DNA of 61,846 bases from a virus (lineage: Duplodnaviria > Caudoviricetes): positions 1 to 61,846 of the IMG/VR virus record IMGVR_UViG_3300030329_003801; one strand, written 5' to 3'. The position numbers and the translations under genes were made by a program. Below the pieces are notes generated by a model. It was not told the origin of the DNA. It was given only the letters and a program-made list of their open reading frames with translations, and ran no database searches. Position 1 is the stretch's first letter. Each line of letters starts with the position of its first letter. Of this stretch, positions 1 to 9,190 are shown piece by piece.

Positions 1-2
1 AT

Positions 3-143
3 AAAAAAGTTGGAGAAGAAAAACAAAAAGTTAAATCAATAAAATATTCTGTATTATATATGAAAGCAATTAAAGCACTACAGGAAGCACAAACAAGAAT
101 TGAAACTTTAGAAACTAAAGTTAAAACATTGGAGGATGCATAA
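3..143 (+). CDS. C-terminal end of a tail fibre with peptidase S74 intramolecular chaperone (5' truncated by window)
   Basis: Frame 3 reads KSIKYSVLYMKAIKALQEAQTRIETLETKVKTLEDA*, the coiled-coil tail typical of S74 domains; stop overlaps next ATG (TAATG). Confidence 0.8.
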   Translation, partial: KKVGEEKQKVKSIKYSVLYMKAIKALQEAQTRIETLETKVKTLEDA

Positions 144-661
144 TGGCTAAAACAACAATAGCAACAGGTGGAATAGCAGACGCTGCAGTAACTAAAGCTA
201 AATCAACAGGTCTTAGCACACCAGCTTGGGATGCAAGAGCATCTGCAAATCAAACTGGTTTAACAAGTGGCGGTTGGACTAAAGTACAATTTGATACTGA
301 AATTTTTGATTCTGACTCTGCATACGATACAACTAATGATAAATTTGTTGTTCCTAGCGGGGAAGGTGGGAAGTACTTCGTTGTGGCTTCTGCTAAAATA
401 AATGATGCAGGCACAGCTACACTTCTAGGTACCGGCATGAGATTAACAGTTGGTGGAAGTAATGTAAAACAAGCTGTTAATTTTATGGTTAATGGTACAA
501 TGAATACTGAAGGAAAAACTGTTGCTGCAATTTTAAATTTATCCGCCGCTGACGAAGTAGAAGTTTATGCATATGCACAAGATAACGGTGGCAGTGCTTG
601 TAGTATTACTGGTGGTTCAGATTATGATACTTACTTTTCTGGGTTTAAATTAGGAGTATAA
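143..661 (+). CDS. Tail-associated C1q/TNF-like beta-sandwich protein
   Basis: TKVQFDTEIFDSDSAYD..KFVVPSGEGGKYFV..LNLSAADEVEVY..TYFSGFKL matches the C1q-like pattern; GGAGG RBS upstream. Confidence 0.7.
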   Translation: MAKTTIATGGIADAAVTKAKSTGLSTPAWDARASANQTGLTSGGWTKVQFDTEIFDSDSAYDTTNDKFVVPSGEGGKYFVVASAKINDAGTATLLGTGMRLTVGGSNVKQAVNFMVNGTMNTEGKTVAAILNLSAADEVEVYAYAQDNGGSACSITGGSDYDTYFSGFKLGV

Positions 662-976
662 ATGAGTATATCAAATAAAATAACATTATATTTAGGAAGA
701 ACACCAGACTTTTTATCAGAAGTAATTATACAGGATGATGGCTCTGGTCCCTATATTAAAGAATGGAATATATCTTCTGAAAAAGCTAAACCAACAGATT
801 CTCAACTTAATGCTTTTAATACAGAAGCCACTAAAATTGAAAATAATAATAAAGTTCGCAATACTCGTAAAACAGGTTATGGTGATATAGGTGAGCAGCT
901 TGATGAGATATACAAAGATATTGACGCTTGGAAAGCTCGTATTAAAAAAATTAAAGATGATAATCCAAAGGAGTAA
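662..976 (+). CDS. XkdW-like tail fibre accessory protein
   Basis: QDDGSGPYIKEWN..KPTDSQL and R..GYGDIGEQLD..W...IK...PK motifs; GGAG RBS. Confidence 0.65.
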   Translation: MSISNKITLYLGRTPDFLSEVIIQDDGSGPYIKEWNISSEKAKPTDSQLNAFNTEATKIENNNKVRNTRKTGYGDIGEQLDEIYKDIDAWKARIKKIKDDNPKE

Positions 977-979
977 AAT

Positions 980-2110
980 ATGGCACTAAGTAAAATAAGT
1001 AATGATATGTTCACAACTATATCAAGACCTAATTCAACCCCCTTGATTGTGAACGGCGACATGGCCGTGGCCCAGAGAAGTACCAGTGTTACTGGTAAAA
1101 CAAGTAATGGATTTTATACTTGTGATAGAATGGAGTTAAGTTTAAGTGGTCTTGGAACACATACAATAATACAAGAAGCATTAACAAGTGGAGCTGCTTT
1201 TAACGCTGGTTTTGCAAATGCTTGGAGAATAGATACAACAACAGCAGATAGTTCTCCGGGATCTGGTGATGAATTATTACTTCAATATCCTGTGGAAGGA
1301 CAAGATTTACAAGTATTTAAAAAAGGTACAGCAAGTGCTGAGAAATGGACATTAGCTTTTTGGGTTAAATGTAGTAACACAGGAACAGGACAAGTAAATT
1401 TAAGTGATATGGATAATACTAGACAATGTTCAGCTACTTATACAATTAGTTCAGCAGACACGTGGGAACATAAAGTATTAAATTTTGCAGCAGATACAAC
1501 TGGAGCTTTTGGTGATGATAATGGTGAAAGTTTACGAATAGAATGGTGGCTAGATAGTGGTTCAAATTATGAAGGTGGAGCTGCCCCTACAGCATGGGAA
1601 GCTACAGCTAATGGAGATAGAAATGCTTCTGGAAATTTAAATATTGGATCAGCTACTTCAAAAGATTGGGCAATTACGGGAATCCAGCTCGAGGTTGGAG
1701 AATTTAACAGTTCGACACTGCCCCCATTTCAACATGAAAGTTATCAAGAAAATTATGAACGTTGTTTAAGATATTATTATAAACTTGTACCTAGCACTGG
1801 ATTTAGATATGCTGGTTGGGGCCAAGTTGATAATGATGATGAAGTAATATTAGGGATCACTTGGTTTAAAACACATATGAGAGCAGCACCAAGTGCTTTA
1901 GAACAATCTGGTACTGCTAGTCATTATAAAGTTAGAGAAGCAACCACAGTCACTTGTGACGCCGTGCCTACATTTACTAATGCTGATACTTGGTATGCAG
2001 CAACTTCGTTTAAAAAAGATGGAATTACAAGCAGTAATGGTTTTGCACAAGGAGAACCACTGAAAGTTGGAATAGATGGCGGTTATTTAGCATGGAGTGC
2101 GGAGTTATAA
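980..2110 (+). CDS. Tail fibre / carbohydrate-binding receptor-binding protein
   Basis: LIVNGDMAVAQR..CDR, ITGIQLEVG..PFQHESY..ERCLRYY motifs common in marine phage fibre proteins. Confidence 0.7.
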   Translation: MALSKISNDMFTTISRPNSTPLIVNGDMAVAQRSTSVTGKTSNGFYTCDRMELSLSGLGTHTIIQEALTSGAAFNAGFANAWRIDTTTADSSPGSGDELLLQYPVEGQDLQVFKKGTASAEKWTLAFWVKCSNTGTGQVNLSDMDNTRQCSATYTISSADTWEHKVLNFAADTTGAFGDDNGESLRIEWWLDSGSNYEGGAAPTAWEATANGDRNASGNLNIGSATSKDWAITGIQLEVGEFNSSTLPPFQHESYQENYERCLRYYYKLVPSTGFRYAGWGQVDNDDEVILGITWFKTHMRAAPSALEQSGTASHYKVREATTVTCDAVPTFTNADTWYAATSFKKDGITSSNGFAQGEPLKVGIDGGYLAWSAEL

Positions 2111-2111
2111 A

Positions 2112-2270
2112 ATGGCAACTTTAAAATACGTATATATACAAACAAATTCAGACAATAAAAAAATTTACGCTAAGATTGACACTGACGGAAAATCTTATTC
2201 TTCATGTTCAGAAGATAATGAAGAATTTAAAAAATGGGTGGCAGACGGCGGAACCGTGGAAGGAGGATAG
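2112..2270 (+). CDS. Small tail fibre accessory protein (52 aa)
   Basis: MATLKYVYIQ...DNEEFKKWVADGGTVEGG*; GGAG RBS; fills gap between fibre genes. Confidence 0.65.
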   Translation: MATLKYVYIQTNSDNKKIYAKIDTDGKSYSSCSEDNEEFKKWVADGGTVEGG

Positions 2271-3548
2271 ATGGCATACGTAGGACAAGAAATTAAAGGA
2301 GGCACGTTTAGTGTACTAGATACAAGTGGAAACACTTATAATGGTTCTAATGTAACTTTTAATTTAGGTACTCATGTATCTTCACCGGCACAGCTCATAG
2401 TCTCACATGACGGCGTAATTCAAAAACCCGTAACAGATTATACTTTAGCTACAGGTGGAACACAAATTACATTTACAACTGCTCCTGCAAGTGGAGCATC
2501 AATATTTATAACAGAAATATCTGGTGCAGTAGGTGCACCAATGAACCGTGATATAAATGGTGATGAATTAATTTTAGATGCTGATGCAGATACAAGCATT
2601 ACAGCAGATACAGATGATCAGATAGATGTTAGAGTTGGTGGTACAGATCAAATTACAATCAAGGACGGAGCACTTTCTCCAGTGACAGATAATGACATTG
2701 ATTTAGGAACATCAAGTTTAGAATTTAAAGATGCATACTTTGATGGAACGGTGACAAGTGACGCAGGTTTATTTGATACACTTGGTGTTGGAACTGCTAG
2801 GGATTTAGGAACTTTACATGTTAGATCTGCCGATAGTGGAGGAGGTGCAAACACAAGTGCTGATGAATTAGTTGTTGAAGGAAGCGGTCATGCTGGAATG
2901 ACTATTTTAAGTGGCAATACTAATCAAGGTGGTATTTATTTTGGTGATGATGGTGATGATAATATTGGATATATAGTTTATAATCATAATGGTAATTCAA
3001 TGTCTTTTGCTGCCAATGCTTCTGAAATGATGCGTTTGACCAGTGATGGTGATTTAATTGTAGGTGGTACAGCATTAAATGCAGAAGGAGGATTAGCTGT
3101 AGAAGTTAATGCTTATAATGGAGCAACAAGATTAAGTTGGAATAGAGCATCAGGACAAAGCAGTAATACATCAGTAGTACAAGAATTTAGACACGCAACA
3201 AGTGTAGTTGGTAGTATTTCTCATACAAATTCTTCAACAACTTTTGCGACATCATCAGATTACAGATTAAAAGAAAATGTATCTTATACTTGGGATGCAA
3301 CCACAAGATTAAAACAATTAAAACCAGCAAGGTTTAATTTTAAAGTAGATAAAGATAAAGATGACGAGGTTACCAGAATTGTTGACGGATTTTTAGCACA
3401 TGAAGTATCAGGTGTAGTTCCAGAAGCAGTTGTAGGAGAAAAAGATGGAGCAGAAATGCAAGGAATTGACCAAGCTAAAATTGTTCCATTATTAGTTAAA
3501 ACTATTCAAGAACTTGAAATACGAATTAAAACATTAGAAGATGCTTAA
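2271..3548 (+). CDS. Tail fibre protein with C-terminal peptidase S74 chaperone
   Basis: N-terminal HDGVIQKPVTDYT..ITFTTAP module; SSDYRLKENV..LKPARF..GFLAHEV..VPEAV..LLVKTIQEL S74 motif. Confidence 0.85.
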   Translation: MAYVGQEIKGGTFSVLDTSGNTYNGSNVTFNLGTHVSSPAQLIVSHDGVIQKPVTDYTLATGGTQITFTTAPASGASIFITEISGAVGAPMNRDINGDELILDADADTSITADTDDQIDVRVGGTDQITIKDGALSPVTDNDIDLGTSSLEFKDAYFDGTVTSDAGLFDTLGVGTARDLGTLHVRSADSGGGANTSADELVVEGSGHAGMTILSGNTNQGGIYFGDDGDDNIGYIVYNHNGNSMSFAANASEMMRLTSDGDLIVGGTALNAEGGLAVEVNAYNGATRLSWNRASGQSSNTSVVQEFRHATSVVGSISHTNSSTTFATSSDYRLKENVSYTWDATTRLKQLKPARFNFKVDKDKDDEVTRIVDGFLAHEVSGVVPEAVVGEKDGAEMQGIDQAKIVPLLVKTIQELEIRIKTLEDA

Positions 3549-3560
3549 TGCTTCTAGGTC

Positions 3561-3704
3561 ATGGTTAAAAGAACAAGTACAAGAGACATTTATTTTACAT
3601 CAATTAAAAAAAGAACAAGTATAGGTAATTCTACTCGGAGCAAACCGAAAAACAAGCACAAGAGGAGGAATTGGAAAAAGTACAATAGACAAGGGAAAAA
3701 ATAA
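3561..3704 (+). CDS. Small basic protein (47 aa)
   Basis: MVKRTS...KKRTSIGNSTRSKPKNKHKRRNWKKYNRQGKK*; TAATG-coupled to next gene. Confidence 0.6.
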   Translation: MVKRTSTRDIYFTSIKKRTSIGNSTRSKPKNKHKRRNWKKYNRQGKK

Positions 3705-4483
3705 TGAAATTTATTACAAAAAATTTAATATTATTACTTATACTTATTACTATAGTAGTATTTTCTAAACCAATAGTAGCAGACTCAACGAATGACCAAA
3801 ATACACAAACGAATACTTCAGGCAGTAACACGAATATTACAGGTGGGTATCAATCGACTACTACCAACAATAACGATGGACAAACAAATACAACGACAAC
3901 AACATCTACCACCACTAATAGCACAACTGGGTCAGATATCCCCGTTAATTCTGCCAACAGCCCAAGTTTCTCTTCTATGTCTCAAGATGTGTGTAGCATG
4001 GGTGTTAGCGGCTCCCTTTCTACTCTCGGGGTTGGTATATCTGGTGGCAAGCACGTCAGGGACTTAAATTGTGAGAGAATAAAACTTTCAAAGGTACTGT
4101 ATGACTATGGTATGAAAGTTGCGGCTGTGTCAATTTTGTGTCAAGATGAGAGAGTTTTTGAAGCTATGCAAATGGCAGGAACTCCTTGTCCATTTGAAGG
4201 TAAGATTGGTAAGGAAGCATTAGACCAATGGAATAAATATGACATTGAGAGACCAGATTATGATTCTTATGTATCTAAATTAGAAAATCGTTCTCGTATA
4301 GATGAAGAATTAGCAGAGATTGTTAAACAAAAAGAATTAGAAAGAATAGCAGAAGAACAAAGAATTGCTGAAGAAAAAAGAATAGAAGAAGAAAGAATTG
4401 CTGAAGAACTAAGAATAGCAGAAGAAAAAAGATTATTACAAGAAGAAAAAGATAACAAACCTTCAATACAAGTACATGATTGA
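3704..4483 (+). CDS. Exported protein with Thr/Asn-rich region, Cys-containing domain and charged repeat tail
   Basis: N-terminal signal/TM segment; SQDVC..D.NCERIKLSK.L...GMKVAAVSILCQD.RVF.AM..AGTPCP; EExRIAEE repeats. Confidence 0.75.
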   Translation: MKFITKNLILLLILITIVVFSKPIVADSTNDQNTQTNTSGSNTNITGGYQSTTTNNNDGQTNTTTTTSTTTNSTTGSDIPVNSANSPSFSSMSQDVCSMGVSGSLSTLGVGISGGKHVRDLNCERIKLSKVLYDYGMKVAAVSILCQDERVFEAMQMAGTPCPFEGKIGKEALDQWNKYDIERPDYDSYVSKLENRSRIDEELAEIVKQKELERIAEEQRIAEEKRIEEERIAEELRIAEEKRLLQEEKDNKPSIQVHD

Positions 4484-4550
4484 GATAATTATAATAGCTT
4501 ATGCAGTTAGTATTACAGGTGGATTAATTATAATAGCTTTAGATTTGTAG
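4476..4550 (+). CDS. Single-TM micropeptide (24 aa)
   Basis: MIEIIIIAYAVSITGGLIIIALDL*; fills gap, overlaps upstream stop. Confidence 0.45.
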   Translation: MIEIIIIAYAVSITGGLIIIALDL

Positions 4551-4554
4551 TAAT

Positions 4555-4815
4555 ATGTGGAGATGGACAGCACTTGTTACATATTTAATTATATGTGTGT
4601 ATGACTTTGTTGTAGTGCCTGTATGGTATGGTTTAAATAGACCAAACATACAAATGTTTGTTGATATACTTAACACAGTTGAAGACCCATTAATACAATT
4701 AGAATTAATGAAAAAATTAACTGGTCAACACAATCCTTTTACCTTGATGGGTGGAGGATTATTTCATTTAGCCTTTGGTGCTTTATTAACAGGAACAGCG
4801 ATAAATAAAAAATGA
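4555..4815 (+). CDS. Two-TM membrane protein (holin-like)
   Basis: Two hydrophobic segments; WRW..YLIICVYDF.V.P..PFTL.GGGLFHLAFGALL. Confidence 0.6.
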   Translation: MWRWTALVTYLIICVYDFVVVPVWYGLNRPNIQMFVDILNTVEDPLIQLELMKKLTGQHNPFTLMGGGLFHLAFGALLTGTAINKK

Positions 4816-6728
4816 GATTAATAACTTTATTTATTTTACTTAGTTTTAGTCTTAATGCTGAAACAATAACAACAGGAAATTTACTTCCTAACTCTGGAGA
4901 TGGAGTAGATTGGGGTTCTAGTAGTACAGACCAAATTCATCCAGATTCTGGTTCTGGTTATGTAAGTAATGGTAGTACAATAAATGGATTTGATATTAAT
5001 TGTTCTACTTCTCAATCTAACTGTGGATATAAATATAGTGTAGGTGGTGACTTTGAAGTTACTGGAACAGCAACAGTAAGCGTAGACGATATAGCATTAA
5101 CAAATAATTCTATTAATCAATCTATGCTTGATAATGGGATAATATTAAATAGTTATGTTGATGTTGCAAACTGCGAAAGCACACAGGGTAATTGTGAATC
5201 TAAAGGTGGCAATAATGATTCTCATACAACAACTGTAAAATTAAAAAATTCTAGTGGAACTGTATTAAGTACAACAACACAAACAAGAACAGAAGTTACA
5301 GGATTTCACGGCAATTGTAATGGTTATCCTAATTCAAGTGCGTCTGGTGTAACAGCAGGATGTGGTCAATACAATGACAGAATTATTTATAATGATGTAG
5401 GAAGTAATAAAGTAGATTGGTCTTGGTCTGGTACAGATAGTAATTACACAAATCAATCTAGACAAGGCCCAAATTTATTAGGTGCATCTTTAACGATGAC
5501 CTATAATAATACAGAGTATGACCCTATTGATGACAGCACACAAGATGTTATTGATGACATTGATGATTCCATTGATGATGCTGTTGATGATATAATTTTT
5601 GAAGATGATTATACTTTTGATGATTCATGGTATGATGAGCAGTATACTTGGTATGAAGAAGATTACACTTGGGAAGATGATTTTTATTTTGAAGAAGAAT
5701 ATGATACATCTTTTGAAGAAGGAACTTCATTTGAAGAATTTGAAATGGAGGAGTTTGACGAAATAGCCTTTGAAGAATTCGAGATAGAAGAATTTGAAAT
5801 GGAAAATTTTGAAACTTTTGAAGAAATGCCTGTGATGGAAGAGGTATTTTTTGAGGAGGATTTCACTGAAACTCCAATAATGGAGGAAATATTTGAAGAA
5901 GAATTTGAAGAAGAATTTGCTGATTTTCTAGAAGAAACTGGCATGGAAGAAGAATTCATGGAATTTCTTGAGGAAGAAGGTATAACAGCAGAAGAGTTCT
6001 TTGAAGAAGTCATAGAAGAAAGTTTTGAGGAAGAGTCTGACTTTGTAGAACCTACAGAGGAGGCTTTAGATGAAGAAATTACTGACGATAATATGGAAGA
6101 GAATACAGAAGTCATGGCTGAAGAGTCAGAGACTGAAGAAAGCTCATTCGAGGTTGCTTCAAATGAGGAAGAAACAATGGAGGAGTCCCCAAGTAATGAC
6201 GGGGAACTAGAAGAAGACGATGGACAAGTATCAGAAGAACCTAATGAAGAAAGCGAACCCAATAGCGAAACTTCTGATGAGTCCGACATTTCATCAACAG
6301 ATGAAGATGAGCAAGAAGACGTACAACCGGAAGAAGATAAAGACATTAAAGGAGGAGACTTTAAAGGAAAAGTAGACATAGCAAAATTTGAGAAAAAACT
6401 AAAGAAAGACATAAAGAAATTAGTTCAACAAGTTAAGGCTAGCACTCAAAACTTATCTAAAGAAGATATATTCTTTAAAAGTAACAATAATTTAAACGCC
6501 TATCTCAAAACTGATTTTTATAAACCAAAAGATATCTATACAGAACAGAATTTGGATTTATTTAATCAGATAGATTTAGGCGTTTATGACAGAGATATTT
6601 ACACAACTGTAACTCTTGCCAGTTATGTAAATAATGACCCTGTTGAAAAACATAACAAAAAATTAAAAGAAATAAAAATAAAGAAACAACAATTATTGAT
6701 TGAATTGGAGGCATTGAGAAAAAAATGA
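4812..6728 (+). CDS. Exported protein with Cys-containing beta domain and very acidic low-complexity region
   Basis: Signal peptide (LNA/E); about 270 residues dominated by D/E; basic C-terminal coiled coil. Confidence 0.75.
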   Translation: MRLITLFILLSFSLNAETITTGNLLPNSGDGVDWGSSSTDQIHPDSGSGYVSNGSTINGFDINCSTSQSNCGYKYSVGGDFEVTGTATVSVDDIALTNNSINQSMLDNGIILNSYVDVANCESTQGNCESKGGNNDSHTTTVKLKNSSGTVLSTTTQTRTEVTGFHGNCNGYPNSSASGVTAGCGQYNDRIIYNDVGSNKVDWSWSGTDSNYTNQSRQGPNLLGASLTMTYNNTEYDPIDDSTQDVIDDIDDSIDDAVDDIIFEDDYTFDDSWYDEQYTWYEEDYTWEDDFYFEEEYDTSFEEGTSFEEFEMEEFDEIAFEEFEIEEFEMENFETFEEMPVMEEVFFEEDFTETPIMEEIFEEEFEEEFADFLEETGMEEEFMEFLEEEGITAEEFFEEVIEESFEEESDFVEPTEEALDEEITDDNMEENTEVMAEESETEESSFEVASNEEETMEESPSNDGELEEDDGQVSEEPNEESEPNSETSDESDISSTDEDEQEDVQPEEDKDIKGGDFKGKVDIAKFEKKLKKDIKKLVQQVKASTQNLSKEDIFFKSNNNLNAYLKTDFYKPKDIYTEQNLDLFNQIDLGVYDRDIYTTVTLASYVNNDPVEKHNKKLKEIKIKKQQLLIELEALRKK

Positions 6729-7192
6729 AAGTCATTGATAAATTATCTACTTACGCAGCCCTCGTTGGAGTGGTCAGTGCAATCGGAGGAGGATTCTACG
6801 CTTGGGGGGAGTTTAATAATCGTATTTCCGTTTTAGAAAATAAAGATTTTATTGTTAACGAAACTGTTAATCTTGACCCTGTTAATAAAAGAATATCTGA
6901 ATTAGAAGTTGATTTAATAGATAGAATAAAACAAGGAGACAAAGAAGTGGAAGCAAAAATTAAACCGCAAGATTTATCTGGTCTTCTTAAATCAATTCAA
7001 GAGGTTAGAGAGCAAGTAGCAGCTATTAGACCTCACCCTAGTTTAGACCCAATTTATAATTCAATTAAAGTAATTGAAGGTGTAATATCTGAAGTATCTA
7101 AACAAATTGCAATTGCATTAAAAGAAAATGAGCTTCAAGATATTCAAATTGAAGAAATTAAAGAATCTACAAGTAATCCTTTAGGTGGATAA
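6725..7192 (+). CDS. N-terminal TM, coiled-coil protein
   Basis: TM helix then heptad-like helices ending NPLGG; ATGA overlap. Confidence 0.7.
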   Translation: MKVIDKLSTYAALVGVVSAIGGGFYAWGEFNNRISVLENKDFIVNETVNLDPVNKRISELEVDLIDRIKQGDKEVEAKIKPQDLSGLLKSIQEVREQVAAIRPHPSLDPIYNSIKVIEGVISEVSKQIAIALKENELQDIQIEEIKESTSNPLGG

Positions 7193-7587
7193 TGAAAGTA
7201 TCTGAGCACACAAATGTACAGATGCCACTTAAGACGGTTGTTAGTCTTATTACACTGGTCGCTGTCGGAACGTGGGCATACTTCGGGATTATTGAAAGGC
7301 TAAATTCTGTTGAGACTCGTGTTACGCTATCTGAAGCTGACCTTACGAAGAATACAGAATTTCGTATAAGATGGCCAAGAGGAGAATTGGGCTCGCTCCC
7401 GGCAGATGCTCAGCAGGATTTATTAATCGAGTTTATGAGTTCTCAACTTGAGTCTATGTTAGAAGATATGGAGTCAATGATGAGCAATTCTGTAAATATA
7501 AAAAGAGCACAGCAGGATATAGAACGTCTAATTGGGGATGTAGAAAAGCTCAAGGATAAATTAAGGGAGTCCAATGGAAGTCATTAG
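7192..7587 (+). CDS. Membrane-anchored coiled-coil protein
   Basis: TM segment; NTEFRIRWPRGELGSLPAD.QQ motif; TAATG overlap. Confidence 0.7.
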   Translation: MKVSEHTNVQMPLKTVVSLITLVAVGTWAYFGIIERLNSVETRVTLSEADLTKNTEFRIRWPRGELGSLPADAQQDLLIEFMSSQLESMLEDMESMMSNSVNIKRAQQDIERLIGDVEKLKDKLRESNGSH

Positions 7588-7894
7588 CGTAATACTTATG
7601 TTTGTTTTCGGGAACATGAATGACCAAAATCATCAAATGACACAATATATTCCCATGCAATCATTATCATCATGCATGAAAGAAGTAAGATTATTAAAGA
7701 AGAAAAAAACAGATTACACAAAAGATGCTTTTTGTAGTCCGGGTATTGTAGAAATAAAAGATGGTGAAGTTATAGCTTTATATAATGAAATACCAGAAGG
7801 AGCTACAATGGTAAAAAAAAATATAAGTAAAGAAGCATTCGAAAGATGGACTTTAAAAGCTAAAGAAAAATGGAACAAGGATAAAAGTGATTAA
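7574..7894 (+). CDS. Small exported protein with two Cys
   Basis: Hydrophobic N-terminus, SLSSCMKE..FCSP; GGAG RBS. Confidence 0.65.
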   Translation: MEVISVILMFVFGNMNDQNHQMTQYIPMQSLSSCMKEVRLLKKKKTDYTKDAFCSPGIVEIKDGEVIALYNEIPEGATMVKKNISKEAFERWTLKAKEKWNKDKSD

Positions 7895-8126
7895 AATATG
7901 GTTTATGCTAATATTAGTATCTATACCCAACGCACCTTCAATTAAGTACAATGGATTTATATATCCAGATGAGGAAGAGTGCCAAGTAGCAAGATATGAA
8001 TTTTATGAGGCATATAATAATAAATCTACAAAATATAAATCAGTAACAGCAGTAGATGCGTACTGTATAGAATTTGAAAGTTTTCCAATACAAGGATTAA
8101 AAAGATTAAACGAGACAGGAGTATAA
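7887..8126 (+). CDS. Small exported protein with two Cys
   Basis: MIKIWFMLILVS..EEEC..AYC; overlaps upstream gene. Confidence 0.65.
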   Translation: MIKIWFMLILVSIPNAPSIKYNGFIYPDEEECQVARYEFYEAYNNKSTKYKSVTAVDAYCIEFESFPIQGLKRLNETGV

Positions 8127-8129
8127 AAA

Positions 8130-9188
8130 ATGGCATCAACGTACACGACAAGATTACGTCTAGAAAAGCAAGGTACAGGTGAAAATGCAAACACTTGGGG
8201 TGATAAAACTAACGATACCTTTGACCTTATTGATGAAGCTATCTATGGGTATGCTGCAAAGAGTGTTGCAGGTGGCTCTAATGTAACTTTAACAAATAGT
8301 AATGCAACAGCAGATGAATCACGTCAAAGTGTATTAGAATTTACTGGTACATTAACTGGTAATATTAATGTTTTATTACCAACAGTAGAATCAAAATATA
8401 TTGTTTATAATAATACAGCAGGTAGTTACACACTGACTGTAGCTACCACAGGAAATACAGGAACTGGAACGGCTGTTACTCAAGGCTCTCATGCTTTAAT
8501 GTATAGTAATGGAACTTTTGTAAAAGATGTATTTGCTCAAGGTATTAATAATCTTGTTTGTAAAGGAACTCTATCAGTTGCAGGTGCTGTTGAATTAGAT
8601 GGTGGCAATGTCACCATTAATGAAACCTCTGCTGATGTTGATTTTAGAGTTGAATCAAATGGTAATACACACGCTTTATTTGTTGATGGTGGAAACAATA
8701 GAGTTGGTATATTAAATGACAGCCCTTCAGTAGCATTAGATGTTACTGGTGCAGTCACTGCTTCTGGAACTGTAACAGGTAATTTATTTAGTGGTAGTGG
8801 TCAAGATATTACAAAAGTAATTCCAGCAGGTGGAATTATTATGGCTGGATTTGCTGCTGAACCTACAAAATCTGATGGCTCAACAAAAAGATATTTATTA
8901 TGTAATGGTCAAGCAGTTAGTAGATCAACATATGATTCTTTATTTTCTGCTATAAGTACAACTTTTGGTGCTGGTGATGGTTCTTCAACATTTAACGTAC
9001 CAGATATGTTAGGTCGTATGCCAATTGGTGCTGGAGCAGGTTCTGGATTAACATCTAGAACTCTTGGTGCTAAAGTTGGTGCAGAAAACTTAGCTAGTGG
9101 TAGTAATATATCTTCTGGAAGCAATTATAGTTATGCAATTACAAACCCTGCTACAGGAGTAAACTTCTTTATTGCAACAGAAGAATAA
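8130..9188 (+). CDS. Virion tail protein with phage tail collar domain
   Basis: MASTYT..LRLEKQGTGENANTWG N-terminus; YLLCNGQAVSRSTY..LF.AI.TTFG.GDGS.TFNVPD..GR collar motif. Confidence 0.85.
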   Translation: MASTYTTRLRLEKQGTGENANTWGDKTNDTFDLIDEAIYGYAAKSVAGGSNVTLTNSNATADESRQSVLEFTGTLTGNINVLLPTVESKYIVYNNTAGSYTLTVATTGNTGTGTAVTQGSHALMYSNGTFVKDVFAQGINNLVCKGTLSVAGAVELDGGNVTINETSADVDFRVESNGNTHALFVDGGNNRVGILNDSPSVALDVTGAVTASGTVTGNLFSGSGQDITKVIPAGGIIMAGFAAEPTKSDGSTKRYLLCNGQAVSRSTYDSLFSAISTTFGAGDGSSTFNVPDMLGRMPIGAGAGSGLTSRTLGAKVGAENLASGSNISSGSNYSYAITNPATGVNFFIATEE

Positions 9189-9190
9189 TT

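Noticed and set aside
5684-6412. 242-aa Ser-rich minus-strand ORF
   Set aside because: Antisense shadow of the GAA/GAT-rich acidic tract; no RBS
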